Positions 43,201 to 56,699 of a stretch of 64,000 bases of DNA are shown piece by piece; the stretch's first letter is position 1; each line of letters begins with the position of its first letter. Origin of the DNA: Obrimoposthia wandeli (lineage: Eukaryota). Both the position numbers and the translations under genes were made by a program. The stretch lies in the NCBI GenBank assembly GCA_977020255.1, contig CDROCS010000745.1, forward strand, positions 682,001 through 746,000, in the 5' to 3' direction. A model generated the notes under the pieces. It saw only the letters and a program-made list of their open reading frames with translations. It was not told the DNA's origin and ran no database searches.

Positions 43201-46200
43201 GACATTATAAATGTTGTCAAAGACAACGACAAGAAGCGGTATGAGACGGTGATGGACCCCAAAGACGGAGAACTCATTCGGGCCGTCCAAGGTCACACTG
43301 TCCAGGTGTGTGGGTCACTGTTACTATTGCAAAGATCCTAAAATCATCGAGAAGAGTTTCAAAATATCAAAAAGGGTCACATTAAACTTTACAATTTAGA
43401 AGGGTGTGTACTATATATTGCCCGCAGAACACCTCACGCACGACATTAATAATCTGAAATGATCCCGAAAATAACGAAATCAATCAAATATTAGTATAGA
43501 ATAGAAAAGGTTCATCGTTAGAATCAAAATGTACACTCTGTGTAACAATGATAAAACAGTAAATGTAAAGTTTCGTACTACTTTTATATGTATTACTATT
43601 ACTAAATTAACAGTCTTATTAACTGTTCTATAAATATATTTTTGTTTTGTCATTTTTTCATACTCCCAAAACAATTTTGATATCGGACTAACGTTAAAAC
43701 TTTTAATCACTTACTTTGTTCGTATTTGCAAACAAATTCTCTGAAATAATAATTCAAAATAGAAAGTTGGTTAACATAATTGTAAATGAAATGCTACCTT
43801 TGAAATTCGTATCTGTATTATATGCAGAATACATTTTGTTGAAGAAGGATGCCTCAAAATATAAACTGTCATAAATGTACTATAAAGGGTTTAATTTTAG
43901 ATATTACTGACATGGACTTTGAAAAGAGAAATGTATAATCTTTACTTCAAAATGAACTCCAGGATTTCTGTTGTAACTTCTAAATGAAGCATTTTGATGA
44001 AGACAACAATGGATTCATTAAACTTGTACTGGAATGTTGAATGACGTACCTATACTTAAGTCACTATCATTCAACAAGATAACTTTTCAGCTAAAAATAC
44101 TTTGGGATGGTTTTGTGAGAAAAATATTTTGGAAGAATTGATTCAAATCAAAATGCCAATTCACAAGTTTATGAAAATAAAACTGAACTCTTTAGAAGTA
44201 CATTATTTTTTAATCAGTTTTGTTTTCGTATCGTTTTAATTAATTTGTCTCTTTTTGTACTTCAAATTATTGGGTTAGTTCTAAAATGGTGAAACACTTT
44301 TGTAACATGAAATTTAAAAATGGTTTTATAACTATTAAATATTGTTTGTCATTTAATCATTTTGTTTGAAATAAGACTAATAAAATGGGTCTTTATTTAT
44401 CTACCTTATGCTCTGGGGGTTTAAAACGTTATAGCGGCTAGATGAATGGTATGTTTTTTCCTTCTGATTATAGAAAAGAAACAATTTTTTGTTATTTTAT
44501 TGATTGTATGCCAGATTAATTGAACATTTCAAAATAAAAATATATAGAACAGGAAATTTGTCGAAAATCTAGCTTCTTTTTAAATTATAAAATTGTAGAA
44601 AAAATATATATGAAAGATTATTGAATGATTTTTTCATTTTAAACTAAACACAGATAGATTTGAAAGAGAAAATAAATTATGCAATGCAAAGAATCCAAAA
44701 AACGGTCAAAATGTTTTTAGTAATAAATAAGAATAACTTTCGTAAACATTCTGTGCGGCTTTCTAAATTAGTTGCATTTAAATGTTTTATCTGATCTGGC
44801 TTTTCTTAATTTATACTTCTATAAATATTATTTTCTCCAAATCATTTATATAATGCACTTTGTCTTCTTCTGGACATCTGATAAAATTTCCCAATATATC
44901 TGGAGATGTTGATGGTGAATGTCATAATTTTGCACCTTCACTTTTAGAAAATCTGTTAGCATGCATTCTGTAAATATCTCATAAGAGTGTAATATTTGTA
45001 TGCATACTTAGATTCATATATCCTGTTTTCGCGCTACTAGCCGCATCACGTTATTTACGTCGCGGCTAATTATCGAGTAAAATTATCATGTTTTTGTTAT
45101 AGTTTTTAATTTATTTTAATTATGAATTTGTCTATAGATTTAAATTAATGATATCTACGAATTGTAAAAATGAATTTAAATATACATAGTAATTTTTTTA
45201 TTTTTCTGTAATAAATAGTTTTATTGTCATGTAGTGCAGTGCGAGAAAATAATATATAATACTATATTAGCCGCACCCTTGTAAGCCGTACCCATTTAAT
45301 AAGTCTGTTTTAAAACAATTTTTTGTTCTAATAAGCCGCGGCTAGTAGCGCGAAAAGAGGGTATTTCACAACGCTGTTCTTTAGCAAGGCTTTATAATTA
45401 CCTCCTCCACATTTTCACCACTGATTAATAAAACTAAACTCTTTCTTCATGCATGTGGACCAATTATCTGGTCCATCTAAACTGTAATGCTTTTCGGCTG
45501 TGAATATCGTACTTTTAAAATGGTTCTCCTCTTGTATCCACTGATTTATACATTATATTCTTTTATTTTTTGTTTTTCAGACAGATTTTTTTTCTATAGA
45601 AGCTTCCAATTTTTTTACAAATTGGCACATTATACGATTTGCTGTTGCTTTTGTTGATTATCTAATACTAAACATATTTTTCGTCCATCTCCTTTCGTGA
45701 GTTTTTCAACACATTTTACTGATATATCCACAACGGGAGTGATTTTTCAAAGTTTCTTTTCATTTCTTAAATGTATAATGATACATCTAAGGTTTTTGTC
45801 AAGGTTCCAAAATATAATTACGAAAAAAGATTTCTTACTGAGTTCATTTTCGTTTTATTGAAATTTTATTTACACAATTCAATGTGTATTGTTTTTTTAT
45901 AATTATGATTAATTTAGCAATATTAAAAATCGAAAATAGTGTAAGATGATTTTGATTGTCATTTCTATTATCAGAGATTAGGTTACGCACATACAAGTTC
46001 AATGATATAGTTATATAAATTTATTCCCGAAGCCATGGTCATTGTAGTCTAATTACAGCAGCAAACAAATAAAATATTGTAATTATTCCTTATTGTTAGA
46101 TTTTCTTCCATAAAGTTTAAGGAAGAGTAAGAATTAATTATTGTAACTAACAAGGGTCGTTAACGAATTTGAAAATAACAGACTTTTGAAATAGTTTCAA

Positions 46201-49200
46201 ATTTACTTATTTATCCTCAAACAATTTATTATAGCAAAATATTTTCTCCCCATATCCATTATTTTAAAATCTATTTTTATTTTTAACTAGTTATTTGTTT
46301 GTTTAAGTTTAAATGGTAACAAATGTCACTGTATTTTAAATTTAATATTATTAAACACTTATTATTTAATAACCATTTCTAGATAATTATTTCATCCTTT
46401 GCTTATTTTGAGGATTTTTACATTTTTTTTTCAACTTTACTCTACACCAAATGACTTCATTGTACATACATGCTTTCATTTTAAAATAGTTTTAAATACA
46501 TAAATCTATGAAGTCCTTAGCAACGTAGCATTGGAACAGTATTATATCTATAGAGTTTATAATTTATCTATATTTATGGAAATATTTTTTGGAGCTTTAT
46601 TTTAAATATCTTTCCGACAATTATTTTGAAGAATGTGTCAATAAAGTCCGATTGAATCTGAAAATACACAATTCTCCTCTATTCTTATATATTTATTTTT
46701 ATCAATGCTCCGAAACTAGATATAAACTAATTTATATCGCGGGGGAATGGTAAAAATGAACCAGATGAAGGTTCGTTAAAATCGAATATTCACTTTTACG
46801 TCTTAGTAAATATAGAACATGAGATATGAAATTAGTTCGTTTTGAGGGGATTATACTCTACATACAAACGATCTTTTCGCAGGTGGAAAATGTGGAGTTG
46901 CGGCTGGTGAAGAAGCCGGAGGACATGAAGAAGGCCTTCCACGCTACCTTCTACAGCAACTGGGATTCTATCGTAAAGCACGGCCTGCAGCGGAAGGGCC
47001 GTAACCATATCCATTTGTACACCAGCAACTTCAAAGACACCATCCGGGACTCCGCCGAACTGGTCATCGAGATCAACACGCTGCAGGCAATCAGAGGTCC
47101 AGTTAAGCCCACTTCCATGTCTATTGGACACTCGGATTATATATTTCCTGGACATGTCCCACACTACTACGTTGCCTTCCATTAGGGTTGTGCATTATAT
47201 TTAATACATTTCTTAAAATAAAGTCTACTACAGATGTTTAGTGATGAGCTGTTATCTAATATTTAAAACCACGGATGTAAATGTTCTGGAGACAGTAATT
47301 AAATCAATTAACCTTATCCTTGTACTTTCGCTAAATTATCGCTAATTTGTTTGAAGAAGTTGAAAGTGAATACCGAGAAATAATAATCTCCCATCATATT
47401 ATCTGTTGGTTAAGTTGAGGAACTGTTTCAATTAAAATCGTTTAATAAATGAAATCAAAGTTTTTGTGAACCAAAAGTCAGCTTCTTTCTAATAACACAC
47501 CCGATCCACATGCAAGTTGAGTTTGAGAGAATGAACTAAGTTGGACATCGATTGTTCGAACAAATTTTTCTGTAATACAATACCGCCAGATTTGGTCATC
47601 GGTGAAGTGTGTAAACAACTGAATATAATGCAGGCTACATCTAGTAAGTTTTCGATACGATTGAGGAAAATAGTGACGATTGAAACCTTTGTGTATTTTG
47701 AATTTCTGTATTTGAATACACTAGCAGAAATTCTGTACCATCAAGTTTGATAGGATTTATTTGAAACACTTTTGTATATATTTCAACAATTTGACTATTA
47801 AAAATTATTCGACAGCTTATCGAATCGCTTAGTCATCAATTCTTATGTATATACTAATTTTCCCTGGAATAATTTTTTAGCAATATTTTTTATTGATCGT
47901 TTACTGTAAATTAATATATTTATAATAAAGATTTTTTTACTTTCTTATGTGAAATATCTGAAGGGTTTGTAAAAGTATTTTTGTTAAATGTAAATAACAA
48001 TAATATGTCTCTAATATCTAAAAAATCTATGACAGTACTCAAAAGTCCTGTTTTCTATTATTCTTCAAAATATATTCTAAATAGTTAAGTCTTCAGCTGC
48101 TTCTGAAATTTTTAGACATTACAGTATCTTGAAATGATTCGAATGATAAATTTCAAATATTCCATTGTTCCTAAGATGCATACAGTAATTATTCACCTGT
48201 AAGGGTATTCATTAAAACATGTTTTTGATAGAGACCGACACCGAATCACTTATAGATGCATTATTTAAAAGCTTGGAAAGGTACTATTATAGGTGAAGCG
48301 TGAAATTTTCGGTGACCGGACACCCTTATAGGTGGGACCCCTTATAGGTGAATAATTACTGTAAACGTTCATTTCACAAGGCTTCGAAAGATCATATAAA
48401 TATTTGGCCTTTTGTGAGAGAATGCATGTTTTGACATAAGTAAAATCCTGAATTATAAACAAGCATTGATCGATAGTCAATGGAGATACACTACGTTTTC
48501 ACTCCTACCAGCACGTTTCTTTAATTTGATTATAATTCTGACATCTTTTTCAGTAAGCATTTATAAGCTAGAATATGAAGAATTTTAAAAATCAAGTCTT
48601 GTTATAATCGCATTCGTTAACATTGTAGTTATTTCCGTAGTAAGGTATTATTTTCTAAGATAAATCATTTTTGATATGACTGTTATTTGTTCTTATCACT
48701 TTATTAATTTTACAATTCATTCAACTGTTTTCATCAAGGACACAACTATTATTCTTTCTTTTATTTTTTAAATTAATAATATTTTCAGCGACATGTATGC
48801 AACTTTTTTTTTGAATACGGTTGATATTATTATTAAATCCAAATAAATTAGCCTCAATTTTATTTTCATTCATGGATTGTCTTGATTTTAACCTTATAGC
48901 TATTTCACCATTAAGAATTTCCATTTCAGAAAATGTGATATTATAGTTTTTAGAATAAAAATTAACATACAGTTTTGTATCATCAGCAAAATTGTTAAAA
49001 TAACTATTATATTTCTTAATAATCGCAACGATTGAAGAAGTATAAATCAAAAATATGATTGGACCAGGAATTAAAACCCGAGGAAGACAGCATTTAAAGT
49101 ATTCGAGATCTGAGACAGTTTCATCAATTATAACCGATTGTTTGCGATAAAGTAAATAACGTTTAAACCAATTAAGTTTCTTTCCATTAGTTACAATATC

Positions 49201-52053
49201 ATTAATTTTTTTTAAATAAAATTTCATTTTAACCTGATAACAGCTGCAGAAAGGTCTAGAACTATCTTAATCACACATTTGTTGGGTAGTCTATTTCACC
49301 ATATATAAGTTTACTTAATCCTTATATTTTCTAGTGAGTAGAAAAATGTTGTATTTTAATTTACATGATATAACTTACACATAAGTTGCAATTTGATTTT
49401 ATCGATTTTTAACCGTGGTCAAGTAATTTAATGTAAAGAAAAACGGTATTCGTTAGATCTTTAAATGGTTCTATTTCAGTAGTAATGCTACTCGGATATG
49501 TAAGGGTTTGTCTAGTAGAACTAATGGTTATCTATAATTTTTTTGTTTTGGTTCATTTTTGGTTCCCTTGCTCTATCTTCATTATTATTATTCATAATTT
49601 TCAAATCCATATTATATATATATTGGTATTGTTTATAAGATTTGCTTTATAAGAGTCGACATCCTGATCATCGCACACTAGATCCTGTTTAATATTAATG
49701 AGGTCTTCCTCACTTAGAGCATTATCATGAGACGGGAGCAATTCTTGTACACCTGCACCATCTATTTCAGTTAATCCTAGGTCTAATCAAAGGTCGGTTT
49801 GACATCAATTTGGTATCAAATATAATTTTACATTTTATTGTTAAATTCATTTAAATTATAACTAGTTTAGCTAAGCATTAAGTGTATTTTTATTAGATAT
49901 ACACTAAAAAATGATAGACAACCGGAAAATATTTACAAATAAATAATTTTATGTTTTTATGGTGCAATTATATTAAAATTGTAGATTTGTTAGTCATATG
50001 TTTTTTGATCATTGGACCTAATTTTCTGTTTAGACGGGATCAAATTCTTTCTGTCAAAAAACAATGTGGTTCTGAGTGAGGGCTTAAATGGAGTAATCCC
50101 GGTCTTTTATTTCACTTCAGCGTGGGATATCAAGACAAGTAAGTGGATTTTTTGCTCTCCTTTGTGAATCTATTTGTGTTTGACCAAAGATTTTTTTACA
50201 TTTTTTAAAACATTTTTAGCTTTAAACGAATAATTCAAATAATTCAAATATAAGAAAGATAGGTATTTATTTTAATATTTGTAACATTATCTGTCATCCT
50301 GATGTTATATTAATTATCTGGAATAATTGGCGTAACACAGCATTTTTGTATGCCGACAACTTTAGCTAAATATCGAAGTTTATTAATGATATTGAGAATG
50401 ACGGATCCAGCTCTATTTTTTTTAAATCTAAATTTCTTTTAAGTAAACCCGAATTACAAAATCTGTTATACGTGGTTTATTTATACAAGTTTCAGTCTAA
50501 TTTTATCATGAAGTTGGAAGAACATTCACTTTATTTTAGATTAACAGTCACAAATGTTAACAGAAGTGAAGAATAATTTATTCAATATTAAATATTTTTA
50601 AGAAATTAGAAGGATCTATAAAAAAATCCGGATTTGGGAAGATTAAGTACCATGATAGGGATAGAAAAATCAAATTATGGTTTCTTCCACTAACTACAGC
50701 TGACGTGGAAAGATCATAGGCATATATCATTGAATCTAAAATTTCTAAATTGTTCATACAATATAATACATTCAATTTTGCTAATTATTCCAATTTGGCT
50801 ACAAAATAATCGCAAGTAATACCAAAAAATTCGTCTCAACGAGATGAAAAAAGAATATATGATTAACTTTGATAGATTCAAAGTATTCTTTGAGTAATTC
50901 AAGAAAAGGATATATATCTATAATTAATTTGGTGAATAACTGATTTTGAAGGGGTTTGAAGGCTCAAAATAAAATTTGAGGTAGGACATTTTGTAATGTT
51001 TATATCAAAAAGGTATATGTACACTTCCAATTTACCAAAGGCTCTACTAATTGTACAGCCGACTGATCTCAATGGTGTCGTTAGTCAAATCGATGATTAT
51101 GTTGATATTTGTAGTATTTTTGTTACAAAATAAAAAGCTGTTTTTTGACGAAGTTTATTTTAATATTTTATGTTAATTAATTTATTGTTAAAGCATATTC
51201 TTGTCTTCCACATTTTGTCCTAAATATCCGTATATTCAGGATGATTTTTTTTCATTTACACAGAAATTTCCTTTCAATGAAATATAAGATAGCTCCATTA
51301 TATCTTTTAAAAAAACAAGTATATCCTAAAAAGATTAATAATTTTTAGAAAGTAAAAATGAGGCTTGTATTGTCAGTTTTAGAAGTAATTATATATTTTC
51401 TATTATTTCACTTTGAAAGAAAATTTCTTCTCAACTATAAGTATTATGAATCTAAGTTTTTGGATACAAACTTCATTTTGTTCATCAACATAAATACAAT
51501 ATTTGGTTCCTACACATATTCGTTTTCATGCTAGTACAACATTTGGCACAAAATATCGATTAATAAAGCGACTAAAAATGTGCATAATTTACTCTAAATG
51601 ATTTGAAATACGAAGTACAAATTTATATATATATATATTAAAAACCAAAATGAAATTTGTTCTTCGTATTTCAAATAATTTACCGTAAATTTAGCACACT
51701 TTTTATTGCTTTATTAATCGATTTATATATATAAACTGCTTGCACAATTCCTTTTGTTCTTAGTGCTGTATGTGGCGTTAACTTAAGGTTCCCAATTTAA
51801 ACTATTCTAGTAAGCTTTTGTCTTGAATTTGTTTTTGACTTGAAATTAATATACTTTTTTCATTTTAAAACTACAAAGAGATCTAGTGACTACAAAAATC
51901 TAACATCGCCTTTTTAACAAAATCATGCTTAGGACTTTGCACTTAGTAGAAAAGATATTGTACATGGGAAAATTGATTTATTTATAAGTTTATGTAAAAA
52001 TTGAATGTATTTTATTTTTTTCAGAAAAGATTTTCTATCACAAATCAAGATGA
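28213..52053 (+). CDS. TRPT1: tRNA 2'-phosphotransferase (Tpt1/KptA family) host gene with extra N-terminal winged-helix-like domain; 5' exon(s) not identified
   Basis: Exons 28213-28285, 28324-28475, 38163-38247, 43139-43305, 46883-47096, 50034-50138 and 52025-52053 have AG/GT boundaries and compatible phases. They give LSKKLAAVLRH, KKRY, IRAVQGHT, FHATF, GRNHIHL and DGIKFFLSKNNVVLSEG. The last exon and the first two are less certain. Confidence 0.85.
28724..28813. repeat. 31-bp tandem repeat (3 copies)
   Basis: Unit TGAAAGATTTCCTGATTATGTCCCTGTTCAA. Confidence 0.9.
33292..33474. mobile_element. Foldback/MITE-like imperfect palindrome (~180 bp)
   Basis: Left arm AAGTGT..CAAAACAAAAGCAC..AACTAC..CTCTCCCC..AAGGAAC..AGAACA is the reverse complement of the right arm TGTTCTTTGTTCCTT..GAGAGGG..GTAGTT..GTGCTATTGTTTTTG..ACACTT. 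Confidence 0.6.
33960..36390 (+). mobile_element. Decayed Polinton/Maverick fragment: packaging ATPase C-terminus, small conserved ORF, c-integrase with chromodomain, start of minor-capsid-like ORF
   Basis: VARQ..DATTNPHGYLFLDF..RVRTDIF (ATPase); QKGCLIGALIP; DLWQADW..YILKCIDVFTRYA..QTDKG..VVERFNRTL; YLVKWHGY (chromo); YMILPSNS..GKWEAALTEF. Many stops, and a ~100-bp internal duplication at 35290-35490. Confidence 0.82.
38295..42074 (-). mobile_element. Decayed compact Gypsy LTR element with ~90-bp LTRs, in an intron of the TRPT1-like gene
   Basis: Direct repeats 38295-38384 and 41983-42074 (TGTAGTGTG start on minus; PPT AAGTAGGGA). Remnants of gag, CCHC knuckle, ALVDTGS protease, VHVDDILV RT and the integrase C-terminus. 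Confidence 0.82.
42385..42800 (-). pseudogene. Mariner (DD34D) transposase 3' remnant
   Basis: LLHDNAPIH, ELLPHPPYSPDIAPSDFYIFQ and RWNKIFDVNGSYIE on the minus strand. Confidence 0.8.
45021..45361. mobile_element. Tc1/mariner-superfamily (Tc2-like) MITE with TA flanks
   Basis: TIRs TCCTGTTTTCGCGCTACTAGCCGC / GCGGCTAGTAGCGCGAAAAGAGGG, TA on both sides, internal TAAGCCGC motifs. Confidence 0.8.
45380..45830 (-). pseudogene. Tc1/Tc3-like transposase remnant
   Basis: TIFTAEKHYSLDGPDNW resembles IFSDEKKFNLDGPDG; otherwise heavily decayed. Confidence 0.5.
48721..49227 (-). pseudogene. Non-LTR (CR1/L2-like) reverse transcriptase remnant
   Basis: WFKRYLLYRKQSV..PGPIIFLIYT..FADDTKLY. Confidence 0.8.
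49650..49790 (-). pseudogene. Pogo/Tigger-like transposase C-terminal remnant
   Basis: EIDGAGVQELLPSHDNALSEEDL resembles the Tigger tail; short match only. Confidence 0.4.
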
Positions 52054-54265
52054 AAAGAATCCGTAACTCAGATATTTTAATGATGGGGATATTTCTTGGA
52101 TCTGAATGGTATCAGTAACTTATCCAAACCAATATCACACTTAATCCCTACCATATCTCGTTGTTGAACTAATCCGATTATCACTTTATCAACAATGACT
52201 ATATATTATTTTCTCATCATTTCTTTACTATATCTGTATATTGTTCCTGCTCTTTTGTGCAATTAACTACAAGTTAAAAGATTTACAGAACACCATTGAT
52301 GATCCAAAAATAAAAATTCCTAAAAATTTAAAACCCAATGAAATAATTGCTACTTCTATTTTCAATATTTGTCTACAACAATTTGATACGTATTTGCTAC
52401 GGGAGCATGTTCTTTCAAACTTTGGATTAGGGTTTTTGATGGTTGACTGCGTATGAGCACGGAATTGAAACATGTTTTCCCAGTGACGTTGCTCGAGAAT
52501 AGGACATTTCCTCTCTTAATATACACAGATCAAAATTACCCGATCTTGTATTGGATATATTTGATATAATTTACATCAGCCTCCATTTAAACTGAATAAA
52601 TTATTGCTACAAATATAATACTGATTATCTGTAAGTAGATTTGGGTTTAAATATTGTTGGATACAAATTAATCATTTTTAATGAAAACTTATTCAGAATT
52701 CATGGAGTTAGAAATTTTAGTACCCGGAGTGATAGGAACTGTTGATATCTTGATTGTTTATTTTACATCTTGTATTTTACTTGTATTTTCTTTAATTTTA
52801 CATCTTTACTTTGATGTCTATAAATGATTTTGATTATCTCCAAGGACAGATGATGAGAATTGTATGTGATATATGGCTTTGGCGTGTCGAAAATCTTCCC
52901 CTCGAATTGCATAACTGTTTTTTATAACTTTCGAAAAAACATATCAAAGTAAAATTCAAACAAAATCTCAACAAAATATTTATTTTTATAAGAATAAAAA
53001 TGTTATACGGACAATTTTTTTCTCACTAAAAGTTTATTTTAAATTTAGTAAAATTAGAATACAGATAATTTTTAAAGTGTGAATTCTAAATATTAAATGT
53101 ATGTTCAATTTTAATGATAGTTCAAAACAAAATCCATAATTTTTTTTTATTATTTTCAAATTTTCAAAGATTTTTGGTATATATATATTGAATAGGAAAG
53201 AATGGATATGCGGCGACAACTACAATTTAAATATCTCAATCTGTGATGTTATAAAGTTCTTTTAATTTGAAATGTTTCTGTTGGTTTTAAATAAAAATAA
53301 ATGTGATTTTTTTTAATTGTTACACAGCATAGAAATAGTTTAAATAATGAATTTATATTCCACCAAGATAATTTACGTCGGTGTGTTTATTTCAATTTGA
53401 TAATTTGAAGATTTTCGACACGTTTGAGATTTTGATTTAGCGCTGTTTCTGAAAGTGTTGCACATAAATAAATGACGATTTATTTTGTACATAATGATAA
53501 CAAATTACCTTCGAAAACTATTTCAGCAACGATTTGCTCATCAAAGAAACTTTTTTCCGCATTGATTTCAATTGTAAGATTTGTGTCATTATTCTTCGTT
53601 AATATTAAGTTTTGGGCGAAGGAGGACTTTTTGATTGTTTTATCTTCGAGGAGCCTTCTGTAACCTCTACTCATGCGTGGGACGATTGGTTCATTGATAT
53701 TGCACTTTGTGTATCTCTATTTATCTTGAATATGTACCTGAACAATAATCATGTGTATATCTTTTGTTTGGGGAACTTTGATAAATGTTTGCGCTATCTC
53801 TTCGCATTATAGTGGCATATTCGTGTGTGCGCATACCCGTAACCTCATTACCTTAATATTTTGTGTAGCTTATTCCAATTTATCTGAGATTTTCTGATAT
53901 ATTAAACTATAAAGTTAGCATAAGTCCATTTTAACAATAGAAACCATTCTGTTATCAGAAAAGTTTTTTATTTGTATTTATACGTAAATTCTTTTCTCAG
54001 GTATGTTCAATGTTTGACAAGATTTTCAATTTGATAGTTTGGAGAACCAGGGATCTGATACTCCTGAGTTGGTGCAGTAAGAATGCTAAAATTGGAATCC
54101 ATCATACCAAAGTGAACCCTAATATTTCCATGTTTCCTAGGACTAAAAGCCACTTCACCTCTTGTAAAAATTACAATTAATACATGTTTAGGGTAAACTG
54201 TACTTACACTTTTATTCATTTGCTAACACATTGTTTAAGTCAATAAGATAAATATTGGATTTTTA

Positions 54266-54478
54266 TTAAGTACATTGACCTATTTTGTTTCTAACATGTA
54301 TTAAGTACATTGACCTATTTTGTTTCTAACATGTATTAAGTACATTGACCTATTTTGTTTCTAACATGTATTAAGTACATTGACCTATTTTGTTTCTAAC
54401 ATGTATTAAGTACATTGACCTATTTTGTTTCTAACATGTATTAAGTACATTGACCTATTTTGTTTCTAACATGTATTA
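54266..54478. repeat. 35-bp exact tandem repeat (6 copies)
   Basis: Unit TTAAGTACATTGACCTATTTTGTTTCTAACATGTA, no spacers. Confidence 0.95.
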
Positions 54479-55222
54479 AAGTTAATGATGGCTCAGAAAA
54501 ATATGGATAACAGTTTCTACGGGGAAACATTTTTAGTCAATCAAGATTATTTTTAGAACAATATATTTCAAAACAATGGATAACTTGTTTTAATCAACCA
54601 TCGAGTTTTATATAATATAATTATTCAAATGAAAAAATGTTTAAAGGTACCAAAATAATCAGGAAGGCTCATAATATTAGTAAGATTTAAATTATGCTTT
54701 ATTAGTCAAAGAGTTCAGTACATCTATCTTATATAGTCGCGACATAACTGGATTAGCTGAAGGAATCGGATCTATAAAATGTTTAGAATTAAGGTATAGC
54801 TAATAAGAAAAAAAATATTATTTTCAATGCTGGTACTTGTAGATAAAGAAATAAAGTAAGCATGAACAAGTATGGTATTTTCTCGCTATTATTATCGTCA
54901 GAAATATTGTTTTAGTGTCTTTGATATTTTTCAACCGATCATAATTATTGGCCTAGTGATTTACTGTATATAACTTTATGTTTTAAATTGTTTAAAGTAT
55001 AGATTGTTAAAATTCTAGGAAATAAATATGTGGATCGTATATTCATTCAAAATGTTTTCATGGTGGAACAAACGCATTAAAAATCAAGTTTGGGTCAATA
55101 TGTAATTAAAAAAGAGAATAAAGAGTACAGTTTATTATGTTTGTATTAGAAGTCTTGTTTTGTAAACATATTTTCAATAAATTTTCGTTCGAGCGGTTCC
55201 TCTATGTGTTAATTTGGATGGG

Positions 55223-56344
55223 TTATTGGAGTAGGTCAAGGTGGTCTTTTCGTACATGATTTATAGGCCGACAAACAAGTTTCTGACACAGGGCGCACGA
55301 GAATGCCCGAACTCGATGATCAGGGTTCTTGGGTCGCAAGCTGAAAATCTTCAGGGCACATAGGAATTCCAGGCACTGCTCTGCAGGGTGCTTCTTTTGG
55401 AAATGCTTCTTGGCATGTATGGAGCTGACTCGATCATGGCAGAAGGGGCACTTGTAGTTCATTCGCCTCTTGTTACCCACGATCCTAATGTCGAATGGGC
55501 TCAGGTCAACCTCGGTTCCCTTGAAGATCACCTTCTTCCCAGACTGGCACCCCAGACCGACAATGTGAACATCATCTCCAACCTTGCGTTTGGACCAATT
55601 AAATCGCTGTATCTTTTCTATCGTCAATTTTTCCACCTGAACAACCTTCTCGATTTCTTGGCAGTTCAATCCAATTGCTTCACTTGGCAAATTATTTCTC
55701 TCTCCGTTTATCATCGACTGATCTTCTATGGACAATACGGATTCAGAACATTGTTCAAAGTTAAGCTTTAAAACATCAAATGTGGTATCTTTTTTCATTG
55801 CTTCATCTGAATTGCTTATGTTTTCCAGATTGCTTTCAGTATTCCCCATTAGTTGACCTTCTTTGACATTCTCATCACATTCAACTGTTTCTTTTTCTTT
55901 AACATGCTGCTCTTCCTTAACCAATGGAATCTCGATATTTTGCTCACAACTCGTTGTAATCAAATCAAATATTTTCTCGACTACCACTGGCTCATTTTCA
56001 TTAACCAAAGGCGCCGAATCCAATTGTACTACTTCAACACTGTGCCTATCCGCATTGGAGACGTCCACGAAGCCACTGCTCTTTTCACTATCGGAGTGGT
56101 CACTGGATTCCCTCTTGGTAGTCTTGCAGTGGACCTGAAATGGCCGCATCACCAAATACCGGAAGCTATCTTCGTCAACCAGACACTGCTCACACTGCAA
56201 CTCCAAATCGCTATTGCTCGCCAGACCGAGCTTAGATTGAATCTCTGCTAGAAACCCGGCCCAGTTGATACAGCGGTTTACAATTACAAAATGGCCCTTC
56301 GGTTCTTTGTGGAATATCTTAAACACCAGTTTTTCCTCACTCAT
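55223..56344 (-). CDS. Intronless 373-aa protein: N-terminal PB1/ubiquitin-like-fold candidate, acidic linker, two C2H2-like zinc fingers
   Basis: YKCPFCHDRVSSIHAKKHFQKKH and FSCALCQKLVCRPINHVRKDH; long intact ORF, GC-richer than its flanks. Confidence 0.65.
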   Translation of the reverse strand: MSEEKLVFKIFHKEPKGHFVIVNRCINWAGFLAEIQSKLGLASNSDLELQCEQCLVDEDSFRYLVMRPFQVHCKTTKRESSDHSDSEKSSGFVDVSNADRHSVEVVQLDSAPLVNENEPVVVEKIFDLITTSCEQNIEIPLVKEEQHVKEKETVECDENVKEGQLMGNTESNLENISNSDEAMKKDTTFDVLKLNFEQCSESVLSIEDQSMINGERNNLPSEAIGLNCQEIEKVVQVEKLTIEKIQRFNWSKRKVGDDVHIVGLGCQSGKKVIFKGTEVDLSPFDIRIVGNKRRMNYKCPFCHDRVSSIHAKKHFQKKHPAEQCLEFLCALKIFSLRPKNPDHRVRAFSCALCQKLVCRPINHVRKDHLDLLQ

Positions 56345-56699
56345 ACTGATTAAGATTGAGATTATTGAACCATTCTTAATGCAAAATTACATCAACATCT
56401 GAAAAATTTAAAGAAACCATTTACAGTATTTATATTGGTCAGAAAATATTTTATCCAAATTAGTCATTCTGATTAATTATCTCAAATAAAAATATCCCTC
56501 TAGATAAAAGAGTACAAAAATTCTGATATTTCATACGATAAATAAACAGTAGAAAAATATTTGTGAAATGTTTGGTGTTTTGGGTCATATGAATTTATAT
56601 GACTGTATGATGGAGCACATGAGGTTGATTGTAAGTAGTATATCATGTAGTATATAAATTTGTAAACGAGAATTTTAGTTATGTCAGAAGAATCAAAAA

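Noticed and set aside
53476-54219. Short minus-strand ORFs (64 and 70 aa) as exons of another gene
   Set aside because: Could not build a phase-consistent model or recognise a family.
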